DNA of 64,000 bases from Dehalococcoidia bacterium (GTDB taxonomy: Bacteria; Chloroflexota; Dehalococcoidia; SM23-28-2; RBG-16-64-32), in contig CAXXTF010000002.1 in assembly GCA_963665775.2 (NCBI GenBank), positions 832,001 through 896,000 of the forward strand, in the 5' to 3' direction. The notes under the pieces were generated by a model, which saw only the letters and a list, made by a program, of their open reading frames with translations, was not told the origin of the DNA and did no database searches. The position numbers and the translations under genes are program-made. This document shows positions 28,745 to 39,836 of the stretch, in pieces; the first letter of the stretch is position 1, and the number at the start of each line of letters is the position of its first letter.

Positions 28745-30377
28745 TGGTTTTGGAACAGAAACCAGCCCGGAAACAAGGAGCACCCAATAGATGCTGCCAC
28801 AGAACAAACCCGACCGTATCCGCATCCTCTTTGACGACCATCGCCTGGTGGCCAATGCCGGCCTGCTCCTGCCAGCCACCCTAGCCCGGCACCTGGGCCT
28901 GCGGGAACTCGTCGACCATCACCTTGACCTCGGCGGAGCGCCGGGACGGGCGAACACTGGGGACAAGATGCTGACGCTGGTCGCTTCCGCGCTGGCAGGC
29001 GGCGACTGCATCGACGACGCCGATGCGCTGCGCGCTGGTGGGACGGTCGGTGTTCTAGGCTGCGTGGTCAAGGCGCCATCCACCCTGGGGACCTTCCTGC
29101 GCAGCTTCCGGTGGGGGCATGTCCGTCAACTCGACCGCGTGAGCCGCCAGTTGTTGGCCCGGGCCTGGGCCGCTGGGGCCGGACCCGGCGACTCGCCCCT
29201 GACCATCGACCTGAACTCGACCATCTGCGAGACCTATGGACTGGCCAAGGAGGGAGCGCGCCACCACGGCTATACCGGCGCCCGCGGCTATCACCCGCTG
29301 CTGGCCATTGCCGCCGGCACCGGCGAGGTGCTGATGTCCCGGCTGCGCGAGGGCCGGGCCAACACCGCCCGTGGCGCCGCCCACTTCCTGCGTGAGACGG
29401 TGGGGCGGGTGCGCTACGGCGGGGCCAGGGGACAACTCACGGTGCGGGCCGACAGCGGCTTCTACGCCCACACTGTCGTTGCCGCCTGCCGGGAAATGGA
29501 TGTCCGCTTCTCTATCACCATCCGCCAGCGCGCCAGCCTGCGGGACCTGATCGAGGCGATACCAGAGGAGGACTGGACTCCCATTCCCTACTGGATGGAC
29601 GGCGCCGCCGATGTCGCCGAGACGACTTACACCCCGTTCCAGACCAAGCCGGACGCCGCGCCGGTGCGGCTCATTGTCCGGCGGGTGAAGCCGACGCCCG
29701 GTTCCCAGCTCGCCCTCTTCGCCAGATACAGCTATCACGCCTTCATCACCGACCGCGATGGGGAGACGCTGGAACTGGAGGCCGATCATCGCCGCCACGC
29801 CGAGGTCGAGAACGCCATACGCGACCTCAAGTACGGCGTCGGGCTGAACCACATGCCGTCGAGGCGCTTCGCCGCCAACGGCGCCTGGCTGGCGGTCCAG
29901 GTGATGGCGCATAACCTGGCCCGCTGGACAGCCCGCATCGGCCTGGGTCAGCAGATCGTGACCACCAAGACCCTCAGGCGGCGGGTCTTCGCTCTCGTGG
30001 GACGGATCACCCGCTCGGCGCGCCGCCTCACTTTGCATCTCCCCCGGCGCTGGCCTTGGGAAACCCAGTTCAGTCGCGCCTTGGCCCGGCTGCAAGCCAT
30101 TCCATTCCCGGCCTGACGGCCAGCCTGCAACTGACCCAACGTCCCCGCAATCTCGCGCCACCCCGGTCGCGAGAGTCCCCTGCTGCGTATCCTCTCGCCA
30201 TCCCGCGCATCGCAACTCCCGCATAGGGCCTTAGGGGCCCTGTGCGGCGACTGAAGACCGTCCGCCGGCCTCCCATCTACCCCAAGACCCCAGGCCATCT
30301 CCCCTGTAGCTCCCTCACCCACCCCCTTCCGCTGTCCTCACACCGTCCATCCGTGTCCTTCGGTGGATTCGGGCTTA
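28666..30377 (+). mobile_element. IS1380-family insertion sequence
   Basis: Perfect 23-bp inverted repeat TAAGCCCGAATCCACCGAAGGAC at 28666-28688 and 30355-30377 (outer 3-4 bp may be target sequence). Confidence 0.92.
28791..30116 (+). CDS. IS1380-family DDE transposase
   Basis: APSTLGTFLRSF, TIDLNST, GYHPLL, VRADSGFY, HAEVENAIRDLK, FAANGAW; AAGGAG RBS. Confidence 0.93.
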   Translation: MLPQNKPDRIRILFDDHRLVANAGLLLPATLARHLGLRELVDHHLDLGGAPGRANTGDKMLTLVASALAGGDCIDDADALRAGGTVGVLGCVVKAPSTLGTFLRSFRWGHVRQLDRVSRQLLARAWAAGAGPGDSPLTIDLNSTICETYGLAKEGARHHGYTGARGYHPLLAIAAGTGEVLMSRLREGRANTARGAAHFLRETVGRVRYGGARGQLTVRADSGFYAHTVVAACREMDVRFSITIRQRASLRDLIEAIPEEDWTPIPYWMDGAADVAETTYTPFQTKPDAAPVRLIVRRVKPTPGSQLALFARYSYHAFITDRDGETLELEADHRRHAEVENAIRDLKYGVGLNHMPSRRFAANGAWLAVQVMAHNLARWTARIGLGQQIVTTKTLRRRVFALVGRITRSARRLTLHLPRRWPWETQFSRALARLQAIPFPA

Positions 30378-31421
30378 ACGTTAGTCCTGCTCTCGGTTCT
30401 ACTCGTGGCCGCTACATGCGGGGTCAACGATACGGCGGACCTAGCCCCATCGCCGGGAGGTAACACACTAGCGTCACCTGATGGGGGCATCGAGACGGTG
30501 ACCCCCAGTCCCACCCCTGAAGCGCCGTCACCCACGTCAGTGCCGTCAGCAAGCCCTATGCCGCAACCCACACCGACGGCAAGCCCTACGCCGCAACCCA
30601 CACCGGCCGCCACCCTTCCTCCCACCCCCGGCCGGATCGCTTTCTCATCAAACCGCGATGGAGACTCCGACATTTTTATCATGGACGCCGACGGATCCAA
30701 CGTGACCAATCTCACCAACCACATAACCTGGGACGACATTCCGTCATGGTCACCCGACGGCTCCCGTATCGCCTTCGAGACGAACCGCGATGGCAATTTT
30801 GAAATCTACGTGATGAACGCCGACGGCTCCAGCCTGACCAACCTCACCAATAGCTCCGACCTGGACGGCGACGCCGCCTGGTCCCCGGACGGCTCAAGGC
30901 TAGCATTCCACTCCCGTCGAGATGGCAACCTCGAGGTCTACGTGATGAACGCCGACGGTACGGAGCAGACACGGCTTACGAACAACCCTGATGATGATTG
31001 GGACCCCGCCTGGTCGCCCGACGGCACGAAGATACTCTTCCGTTCCCAGGGGGACGGCAACGCCGAGATTTACGTCATGAGCGCCGATGGTACGAACCTC
31101 GGCAACCTCTCCAAAGATCCGGGTAACGACGTCGATCCAGTCTGGTCTCCTAATGGCACCAGCATCGCCTTCGCTTCCGACCGCGCGGGCGCCCGCAACA
31201 TCCATGTGATGAACGCGGACGGTTCCAACGTGAGGCGGCTCACGGACGGCGTCGACGATTCCTGCCCCGCCTGGTCAGTCGACGGTTCCCACATCGTATT
31301 TGAGGCGGTCCACGAAGGCGCAATGGAGATCTTCGTCATGACCGCCGACAGCTCTGAGGTAACGAACCTCACAAACAGCCCATCGACCGACCGCTACCCC
31401 TCCTGGACGCGGCTGCCGTAG
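30363..31421 (+). CDS. TolB-like PD40 beta-propeller lipoprotein, N-terminus clipped by IS
   Basis: Hydrophobic stretch plus VAATC lipobox-like site, Pro/Thr linker, about 6 repeats of IAF.S.RDG..EIYVMNADG..NLTN..P.WSPDG. Confidence 0.85.
   Translation: MDSGLTLVLLSVLLVAATCGVNDTADLAPSPGGNTLASPDGGIETVTPSPTPEAPSPTSVPSASPMPQPTPTASPTPQPTPAATLPPTPGRIAFSSNRDGDSDIFIMDADGSNVTNLTNHITWDDIPSWSPDGSRIAFETNRDGNFEIYVMNADGSSLTNLTNSSDLDGDAAWSPDGSRLAFHSRRDGNLEVYVMNADGTEQTRLTNNPDDDWDPAWSPDGTKILFRSQGDGNAEIYVMSADGTNLGNLSKDPGNDVDPVWSPNGTSIAFASDRAGARNIHVMNADGSNVRRLTDGVDDSCPAWSVDGSHIVFEAVHEGAMEIFVMTADSSEVTNLTNSPSTDRYPSWTRLP
30549..30608 (+). repeat. 30-bp coding tandem duplication (ASPxPQPTPx)
   Basis: gcaagccctatgccgcaacccacaccgacg / gcaagccctacgccgcaacccacaccggcc. 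Confidence 0.85.
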
Positions 31422-31618
31422 CAGGGGAGCCAGCCACTTTTGGGCCACGCCTGTCCGTCCACCAGGGCCAGTTACCTGAACGTCAGGGCAATCAGTGTAT
31501 TGGTGTATTATGGGGCCGTGGGAGCAGCGCCCGCTCGGGCTCTGGACTCATAATTTGGGCGAAAACCCACGTGGATACCTGAATACGCAGCGCCCGGTGT
31601 CCAATCAGGAACGCCTCC

Positions 31619-32305
31619 ATGAAATATACGGCTGTTGTTTTCGATCTCTTCCATACGCTGGTTGACTCTCCGCCCCATGACGATTCCCACCGAAACTTAC
31701 TGGAAATGGCCTCAGCCGTCGGCGCGCCAGGCGACGAATTTGCACGGCTATGGGCGAACACGTATACCGAGCGGAGTGAAGGAGTCTTCGCAACGACCGA
31801 GGCGGCGATTTCGCACGTCTGTGCAGCGCTAGATGTGCAGCCGAAGGCGCGGGATATCAACGCCGCATCCGCCATTCGCGTCGGCCTTCTGCGGCACGCT
31901 CTAGTGCCACGGCCGGGTGCCGCAGAGACATTGGCAGAACTGAGAAAATCGGGCCGTAGGATAGGCCTCCTGTCCAACTGCACCACGGAAATACCACTGG
32001 TGTGGAAAGAGAACCCCCTTGCGCCATTGGTGGATGTTCCAGTCTTCTCGTGCAACGAGGCCCTCAGGAAACCTGATGAGCGCATCTACCACCTGGCCGC
32101 CGAGCGCCTCCACGTGAACCCTCAGGACTGCCTATACATAGGCGACGGAGAAAGCGATGAACTGACCGGCGCCTCCAAGGCGGGGATGCACCCGGTCCTG
32201 ATCCGAGTGCCCCATAGGGCGTTGAGCGAGGGCAGCGAAGCAGGCTCTTGGTTGGGGCCCGCAATCGCGTCCTTAGGAGAAGTCCTGACCCTGGTGGAGG
32301 GATAG
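31619..32305 (+). CDS. HAD-superfamily hydrolase
   Basis: FDLFHTLV, LSN, RKPD, YIGDG..DELTGA. Confidence 0.92.
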   Translation: MKYTAVVFDLFHTLVDSPPHDDSHRNLLEMASAVGAPGDEFARLWANTYTERSEGVFATTEAAISHVCAALDVQPKARDINAASAIRVGLLRHALVPRPGAAETLAELRKSGRRIGLLSNCTTEIPLVWKENPLAPLVDVPVFSCNEALRKPDERIYHLAAERLHVNPQDCLYIGDGESDELTGASKAGMHPVLIRVPHRALSEGSEAGSWLGPAIASLGEVLTLVEG

Positions 32306-32458
32306 ACAACGCGGAGCGGGGTGAGTTCAGCGCCTGGTGATTACCTTCATCGGTAACTCCTGGTTGCGGCAGCCAGCTTGCCGCCGTGACTGTGAGCGAG
32401 GGCCGGGCGGCTGCAGGGCGTGCCAGCCGTGCAGAATCGTGGCAGAATAGCATTAACC

Positions 32459-33367
32459 ATGACCATCCAGGTTGGCGCCTTTGAACTTCAGGAGCCAGTG
32501 CCTGCCCTGAGGCACCCGCGTCTCATCGCCTCCCTTCGACCCTGGATCGACGTTAGCTCTGTGGGGACGAAGGCCCTGTCCTTCTTGGAGGAGTCCTGGC
32601 ATGCTGAGCCTCTGGGTCAGCTCAGTCGGCCGGGAACATTCTACGACTTCACCCGATACCGTCCTACCACCACTCTCAAAGAGGGGCGCCGCGAGGTGAT
32701 CCTTCCCAACACCTCCTTGCACCACGCGCAGAGCGCCGACGGCCGAGACTGGTTGCTCCTGAGCATGCTGGAACCGCAGAGCCACGGAGACAAGTACGTC
32801 GAGTCGATTCTCGAACTCCTGCGATACCTGAAAGTCAGCCATTATTGCCGTGTGGGTTCCATGTCGGCGCCCGTGCCGCACACTCGGCCTCCGATAATCA
32901 GCGGCAGCGCCAGCGACGAAGCGCTTCAAGACCGACTGCGCCAGCTTGGCGTGACGGTGGGCACGGGAACATATCAGGGCCCCACTTCCATCCTTAGCCT
33001 CATTACTAACGAGGTCCAGCAATTGGGAATCGATACGCTAACCGTGATGCTCCAATTGCCGGGATATCTTCAGGTGGAACCGTACTACCGCGGACTTAAT
33101 GCCCTCCTGGAACTCCTGTCCAGCCTCTACGATCTTTCTCTGAACACCGATGCCGTGCGACAGAGAATGGAGCGTCAGGGCGCCAGTCTCGACGAAAGCC
33201 TTCAGCGAGACCCTCATGCACAAGAGATGGTGCGAGGGTTAGAGGCCACCTACGATTCGCAGCCGGAGTCATCCGCACCAGAGGGTGACAGCCCCCAGCT
33301 TTCTCCCGAACTGGATCAGTTCCTCCGTGACGTCGAGAGAAAATTGGACGAGCCCGGGAGCGACTAA
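32459..33367 (+). CDS. PAC2-family protein (second paralogue, intact)
   Basis: RPWIDV, FYDFTRYRP, VPHTRP, YQGPTSI, LPGY, ELDQFL. Confidence 0.85.
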   Translation: MTIQVGAFELQEPVPALRHPRLIASLRPWIDVSSVGTKALSFLEESWHAEPLGQLSRPGTFYDFTRYRPTTTLKEGRREVILPNTSLHHAQSADGRDWLLLSMLEPQSHGDKYVESILELLRYLKVSHYCRVGSMSAPVPHTRPPIISGSASDEALQDRLRQLGVTVGTGTYQGPTSILSLITNEVQQLGIDTLTVMLQLPGYLQVEPYYRGLNALLELLSSLYDLSLNTDAVRQRMERQGASLDESLQRDPHAQEMVRGLEATYDSQPESSAPEGDSPQLSPELDQFLRDVERKLDEPGSD

Positions 33368-33449
33368 CCGTGGCCTTTAGATTGGCGTTGGCCTCACTTA
33401 AATCCGAAGGTGAGCGCCTCCCGCGCCTAGCAATGGGCCGTAGGGCGAG

Positions 33450-33458
33450 TGCTATAAT
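33450..33458 (+). promoter_or_regulatory. Consensus extended -10 promoter element
   Basis: TGCTATAAT in a GC-rich intergenic region between convergent genes. Confidence 0.5.
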
Positions 33459-33856
33459 CTGATTCACGATGCGGCGTTTGCTTAGCCTACCAATACGTCT
33501 CCTAAGGGCTGTTGACGACTACCTTCTAGCGCCCTGCCCGTCAGCCATTTCTGCCATTGAGGGCGCCGGCTGAGAGGCTCCGGCCGACCCCGTGTGGGCC
33601 GCCAACTTCGCCCTGTCTTGCCGAGACCCAGGCTCTAGACGGAAACCGTCCGCCCGGTGGGCTCCACCTACCCTTTAGACGCACGTCAATGCGTAAGAAT
33701 ATCTGGGCCACCTCCCTTTCCTGGACCTCACAGGGCACATCTCCAGCACTTATGTCAGTTGTGCCTGTCTCAGGCCAGGTCTATCCCGGCGATATGGCAA
33801 CGGGAGAATAGGATTTGGTCTGGATCAACGGCCGGCGAGGCCCTGGAGAGACATCC

Positions 33857-34732
33857 CTAACTGATCTCGCTCTTGGCACGAATCATCGTCTCTTCCGCAA
33901 AGCGCGTTAGCGCCGCCAGCTTCTCCTGGAGCGTCATCGGAACGTCGAATGGCCAGAGGGCAACGGTCACATGGGATATCCCATCCTCCTGACACCGTCT
34001 AAGGTTCTCCAGAGTAGGGTCGCCGGGAGCGGAGCCCCAAATCTGGAAGGGGATGTGTCCACGTCCGGCTTCCTCACGCAGTACCTTAAGGCGTCGGATA
34101 GTAGCCAGGGTACGATCATAAGGGCCGATGGATCGCCAGCCATCCCCTCGAAGGGCCGCCCGACGCAGCGCCGGTTCCGCTTCCCCGCCGAATATGATCG
34201 GGATGCGAGTCGATGGCTTGGGGGTGAAGAGGACGGGCTCGAACTGGTAGAACTTGCCGTCATGTCCCACCGGCTGCCCCGACCAGAGTTCCTGCAATAT
34301 GTCGAGGATTTCGTCCATTCGAGCGGCCCGGTTCGAATAGTTCTCGCCCACCGCCTGGAACTCCTCTGCCATCCAGCCGGACCCGATGCCGAAGAGCAGG
34401 CGGCCACCCGAGTATAGGTGGGCTGAGGCCACCGCCCGCGCGGTCACAAAGGGATTAACAAGCGGCAGGATGTACACGCCGGTGCCAAACTTGATTCGCT
34501 CCGTGATGGCAGCGAAGTGGCCGAACGCGACCCATGGATCGACAAACGGGGTCTGGGGGTTATAGGGGCCAGGGCGACCGCTCTCGTGGTGCGGATACCT
34601 ACTTTGCCACTCCAAGGGAGTAATCAGGTGGTACGACATCCACACAGTGTCATAACCCAGCTCGTCAGCACGCTTGACTAGTGCTGGCCACTGAGCGGGG
34701 TCGCCGCCAAACAGGTTGATTCCGAATTCCAT
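33857..34732 (-). CDS. LLM-class (probably F420-dependent) oxidoreductase
   Basis: ADELGYDTVW, DPWV, GTGVYILP, SGGRLLFGIGSGW..EEF, GGE..ALRRAA..GDGW. Confidence 0.9.
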   Translation of the reverse strand: MEFGINLFGGDPAQWPALVKRADELGYDTVWMSYHLITPLEWQSRYPHHESGRPGPYNPQTPFVDPWVAFGHFAAITERIKFGTGVYILPLVNPFVTARAVASAHLYSGGRLLFGIGSGWMAEEFQAVGENYSNRAARMDEILDILQELWSGQPVGHDGKFYQFEPVLFTPKPSTRIPIIFGGEAEPALRRAALRGDGWRSIGPYDRTLATIRRLKVLREEAGRGHIPFQIWGSAPGDPTLENLRRCQEDGISHVTVALWPFDVPMTLQEKLAALTRFAEETMIRAKSEIS

Positions 34733-34816
34733 GGTGCAACACCTTTCCATCCGGGCAGGCGTATTGATTCACCAGCCCACAGCTACATTCAGGCAGGCGG
34801 TGGGCCGCTCTGCGTT

Positions 34817-36022
<1,206 letters not shown>

Positions 36023-36205
36023 TCCAGTAGCATGAAGACGGCGTACGTAATACCCACCGGAAGCCCCTTCGCCGGGGCCTCCGTCAAGTTACGCTCTGGA
36101 GCTATGGTCCATGAAAGCAGCTCTGTTTGCAACCGGTCAGCGGTTCTCCGGGGACCGACATCACAGCCGATCCAGCCGGCGATAGCCGTATGCTAACATG
36201 AGGGC

Positions 36206-37135
36206 ATGACACTCGTACACACAGAATCGCTGACCAAGCGCTACCCCGGCGTGACCGCCCTCGATGGGCTGACGCTGGAGCTTGAGCCGGGGATTATCGG
36301 CCTCGTGGGGGCCAACGGGGCCGGCAAGAGCACGCTGATCAAGATCCTGCTGGGGCTTCTAGAGCCGACGAGCGGCCGAGCGGAGCTGCTAGGCTTCGAC
36401 GTGGCCCAGCAAGGCATCGAGCTGCGGCAGTACGTCGGCTACATGCCGGAGCATGAGTGCCTGCCGACAGACGTTTCCGCCACGGAGTTTGTGGCGCACA
36501 TGGCACAGATCAGCGGCCTGCCCCGGACTGCGGCCCGCGAGCGCACCGCGGAGACGCTTCGGCTAGTCGGCCTCTTCGAAGAGCGGTATCGAGAGATGAG
36601 AGGCTACTCCACCGGCATGAAACAGCGGGTCAAGCTGGCACAGGCGCTTGTGCACGACCCCCAACTGATGCTCCTCGACGAGCCTACCAACGGCCTGGAC
36701 CCGGCCGGGCGGGACGAGATGCTGGAGCTGGTGGGCCGGATCAGCCGCGAGTTCGGCATCGCCATCATTATGGCCTCCCACCTGCTCGGCGAGATCGAGC
36801 GCGTTTGCGACCACCTGGTGGAGATCGAGGGTGGCAGGCTGGTGCGATCGGCCCCCATCGCGTCGTTGACGGAGCAGACGCAGGTGCTGGCGGTGGAGGT
36901 GGACGGCCCGGCGGAAGCGCTCGCCCTCCGCCTGCGCGAGCACGGCCTCGACGTTCGGGAGGACGGGCGTCTACTGCTGGTTCAGGTGGACGACGATGGG
37001 CTGTACGACACCATTCGGGATACGGTGGTGGATCTGGGACTAGGGCTGATCCGGCTGGAGCAACGCCGGCAGCGGCTGGAAGACCTGTTCCGTGCCCCAG
37101 TAGCGGTAGAGGAGGAGGAGGGAGCAAGTGTCTGA
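36206..37135 (+). CDS. ABC exporter ATP-binding protein
   Basis: GANGAGKST, YSTGMKQR, LLDEPT. Confidence 0.95.
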   Translation: MTLVHTESLTKRYPGVTALDGLTLELEPGIIGLVGANGAGKSTLIKILLGLLEPTSGRAELLGFDVAQQGIELRQYVGYMPEHECLPTDVSATEFVAHMAQISGLPRTAARERTAETLRLVGLFEERYREMRGYSTGMKQRVKLAQALVHDPQLMLLDEPTNGLDPAGRDEMLELVGRISREFGIAIIMASHLLGEIERVCDHLVEIEGGRLVRSAPIASLTEQTQVLAVEVDGPAEALALRLREHGLDVREDGRLLLVQVDDDGLYDTIRDTVVDLGLGLIRLEQRRQRLEDLFRAPVAVEEEEGASV

Positions 37136-38012
37136 GCGTGCCGCCGGCAACATCTACGACCTCGGCTACCGCAACTACCGAGGGGTGAGACTGGGCCGCC
37201 GGCACGCCCTGTTCGCCCTTTACGTTCACAGCCTGCGGGGCGTCTTCGGGATTGGGCGAGGAATATCGAGCAAAGTCTTCCCCATCGGCCTGGCGATCGT
37301 CATCCTCGTTCCGGCAGCCTTCCAACTGGGCATTGCGGCGATTGCGGACAACACCATCGAGGTGTTGAGGGCGGAGGATTACTACGGCTACGTCCAGATA
37401 ATACTGGCGCTGTTCTGCACCGCCGTGGCGCCGGAGCTGGTCGGTCGAGACCAGCGGACCCAAACGTTGCCCCTGTACTTCTCCCGCGCCCTCAAGCGAG
37501 ACGACTACGCGCTGGCCAAGTGGGGAGCGCTGGTAACGGCGATGCTCGTCCTGACGGTGGTGCCGCAGGCGGTGCTGTTCGTGGGCAACGGCATGGCGGG
37601 GAACGACCTCTCCGGCTACCTGAAGGACGAATGGGAGCAGGTGCCAGCCATCCTGGGCAGCGCGCTGCTACTTTCGCTGATGACGGCCGGCATCGGCCTG
37701 GCCATCGCCGCCCAGACATCGAGGCGCGCCTACTCCTCGGTCGCAATCCTGGCGACCTTTGTTCTGGCCTCCGCGATCGCCGCAATCCTGCTGGAAGCCT
37801 CTGACCCCGACGTGGGGCGCTTCTCATTGCTGCTGAGCCCGTTCCACCTGGTTCGCGGCTTCACGCTCTGGTTCTTCGGTGTGTCGCCGGACGCCGAGAG
37901 CCAGATCGGCAGAGCGGACCTGCCCGGTGCCATATACGCGATGAGCGCCCTGCTGATCGCATCGCTCACCATCATTCTCCTTCTGCGACGCTATCAACGG
38001 ATCACGGCATGA
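37128..38012 (+). CDS. ABC-2-type permease
   Basis: About 6 TM segments, IYDLGY, LYFSR; overlapping operon. Confidence 0.88.
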   Translation: MSERAAGNIYDLGYRNYRGVRLGRRHALFALYVHSLRGVFGIGRGISSKVFPIGLAIVILVPAAFQLGIAAIADNTIEVLRAEDYYGYVQIILALFCTAVAPELVGRDQRTQTLPLYFSRALKRDDYALAKWGALVTAMLVLTVVPQAVLFVGNGMAGNDLSGYLKDEWEQVPAILGSALLLSLMTAGIGLAIAAQTSRRAYSSVAILATFVLASAIAAILLEASDPDVGRFSLLLSPFHLVRGFTLWFFGVSPDAESQIGRADLPGAIYAMSALLIASLTIILLLRRYQRITA

Positions 38013-38968
38013 CCTCACAGGCAACGGTCGAGCCGAGAGAGGAGGCGCCACCCGAGCGTAGCACGATCGAGCTGGTCAACGTCTCGCGCTGGTACGGGAA
38101 CATCGTCGCCGTGAACGAAATTTCGTTCTCGTTAGGACCAGGCGTCACGGGGCTCCTTGGCCCGAACGGGGCCGGGAAGAGCACCATCCTGCACATGCTC
38201 GCCGGCTTCCTGCGCCCCTCAAGCGGGACAGTGCGGGTGCTGGGGGAAGCGGTCTGGCAGCAGCCGGAAGCGTACCGCCGAATCGGGCTGGTGCCGGAGC
38301 GAGAGGCGGCCTACCCGTTTCTCAGCGGCTACGAGTTCGTACTGCTCAGCGCAAAGCTGCACGGCCTGCCCAGCCCAGGCGAGGCAGCGATGCGGGCCGT
38401 CCAGGCCGTAGACATGGAAGAGGCCCAGCACCGCGCCATGGGCGGCTATTCGAAGGGTATGAATCAGCGAATGAAGGTCGCTTCGGCGATCGTCCACGAC
38501 CCCCAGGTGCTGCTGCTGGACGAGCCGTTCAACGGCATGGACCCGCGCCAGCGGCTGCACATGATGGACCTGCTGCGGGAGGTCGCCGCCCAGGGCCGGA
38601 CGATCGTATTCTCGTCCCACATCCTGGAAGAGGTGGAGCGGCTGGCGGAGAAGGTGCTGGTGATCATCGCTGGGCGGCTCGCCGCCGCGGGCGACTTCCG
38701 GGCCATCCGGAAGCTAATGACGGACAGGCCGCACACGTTCACCGTGCGTTCGAGTGACAACCGGCGGCTGGCCTCCGTGCTCGTGGCTGACCCGTCGGTC
38801 GTCGGCGTGGAGCTGGACGGCGAGCGGCTGAGCGTGCGCACCTCGGAGTTCGCGGCCTTCGCGCTGGCAGCGCCGCGCCTGGCGCGAACGGAGGGGATCA
38901 GGTTGTTGGAGCTGCTGCCCACGGACGAGTCGTTGGAGAGCGTGTTCTCGTACCTGATGAAGCGATGA
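38009..38968 (+). CDS. ABC exporter ATP-binding protein
   Basis: GPNGAGKST, YSKGMNQR, LLDEPF. Confidence 0.95.
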   Translation: MTSQATVEPREEAPPERSTIELVNVSRWYGNIVAVNEISFSLGPGVTGLLGPNGAGKSTILHMLAGFLRPSSGTVRVLGEAVWQQPEAYRRIGLVPEREAAYPFLSGYEFVLLSAKLHGLPSPGEAAMRAVQAVDMEEAQHRAMGGYSKGMNQRMKVASAIVHDPQVLLLDEPFNGMDPRQRLHMMDLLREVAAQGRTIVFSSHILEEVERLAEKVLVIIAGRLAAAGDFRAIRKLMTDRPHTFTVRSSDNRRLASVLVADPSVVGVELDGERLSVRTSEFAAFALAAPRLARTEGIRLLELLPTDESLESVFSYLMKR

Positions 38969-39702
38969 ACGGTACCATCTTCGCGCTGACCCTCCGTCAG
39001 ATGATCGGCCGACGACGAACGCTGCTGATGGTTCTCTTCGCCCTGCTGCCGGTGGCGATCGCCGTCATCTACCGCTTGGGCAACGAAGATACGAACCAGC
39101 AGGACTTTACGGCGAACGTCCTCCTCAACGGCCTCATAGTGACCACCCTGCTCCCGCTGAGCGCTCTCATCTTCGGGACCGCCGCTCTCGGCGCGGAGAT
39201 CGAAGACGGCACGTCAGTTTACCTGCTTTCCAAGCCGGTCCCTCGCCAACATGTGATCGCCGCGAAGCTGCTGGCGGCCTGGCTGGTGACAGCCGCCATC
39301 GTGCTCGCCTCTACTATCTTAACCGGCGCCATCGCCCTCGAAGGAGTGGAGGAGCAGGGTATACTCTTGGCCTTCGTGGCGGCGACGTTGCTGGGCTCGT
39401 TCGTATACACGGCCCTGTTTCTGCTGCTGTCGGTGGTGACTAGCCGAGCGCTCATCGACGGACTGGTGTACGTGTTCATCTGGGAGGGCGTCGTGACAGA
39501 GCTGTTCAGCGGCACCCGAATCTTCAGCGTGCGTCAGTACAGCCTGGGGGTGGCCGACCTCATTGCTGATACGAGCGCCGCCACCTTCGAAGCGGATCTC
39601 GGCGGCACGGGGGCACTGGTGATGATGGGAATCGTGAGCGCCGTGGCGATCACTCTCGCCGTGCGCAGGCTTCGCTCGTTCGAGATCGGCGAGGCGGTCT
39701 GA
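38965..39702 (+). CDS. ABC-2-type permease
   Basis: About 6 TM segments, EIEDGTSVYLLSKPVPR. Confidence 0.88.
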   Translation: MNGTIFALTLRQMIGRRRTLLMVLFALLPVAIAVIYRLGNEDTNQQDFTANVLLNGLIVTTLLPLSALIFGTAALGAEIEDGTSVYLLSKPVPRQHVIAAKLLAAWLVTAAIVLASTILTGAIALEGVEEQGILLAFVAATLLGSFVYTALFLLLSVVTSRALIDGLVYVFIWEGVVTELFSGTRIFSVRQYSLGVADLIADTSAATFEADLGGTGALVMMGIVSAVAITLAVRRLRSFEIGEAV

Positions 39703-39836
39703 GCCCGGCACGTTCGGGCCACAGACAGCCGGAAGGGTTCAGGGCCAGAGCGTGTGACCTACGCCACCGGCGGTTTAATCGTGACCCGGCACCCAGCGGG
39801 GGAAGCCGGTCAACATCATCGGCATCGCCATTCCCG

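Noticed and set aside
30640-31421. Regular nucleotide repeats that could mimic an array
   Set aside because: They are coding PD40 beta-propeller repeats with codon-level divergence
33560-33605. GGCTGAGA...ACCC resembling the 5' half of a TPP riboswitch
   Set aside because: No CCTGAT 3' half and no thiamine-related gene downstream
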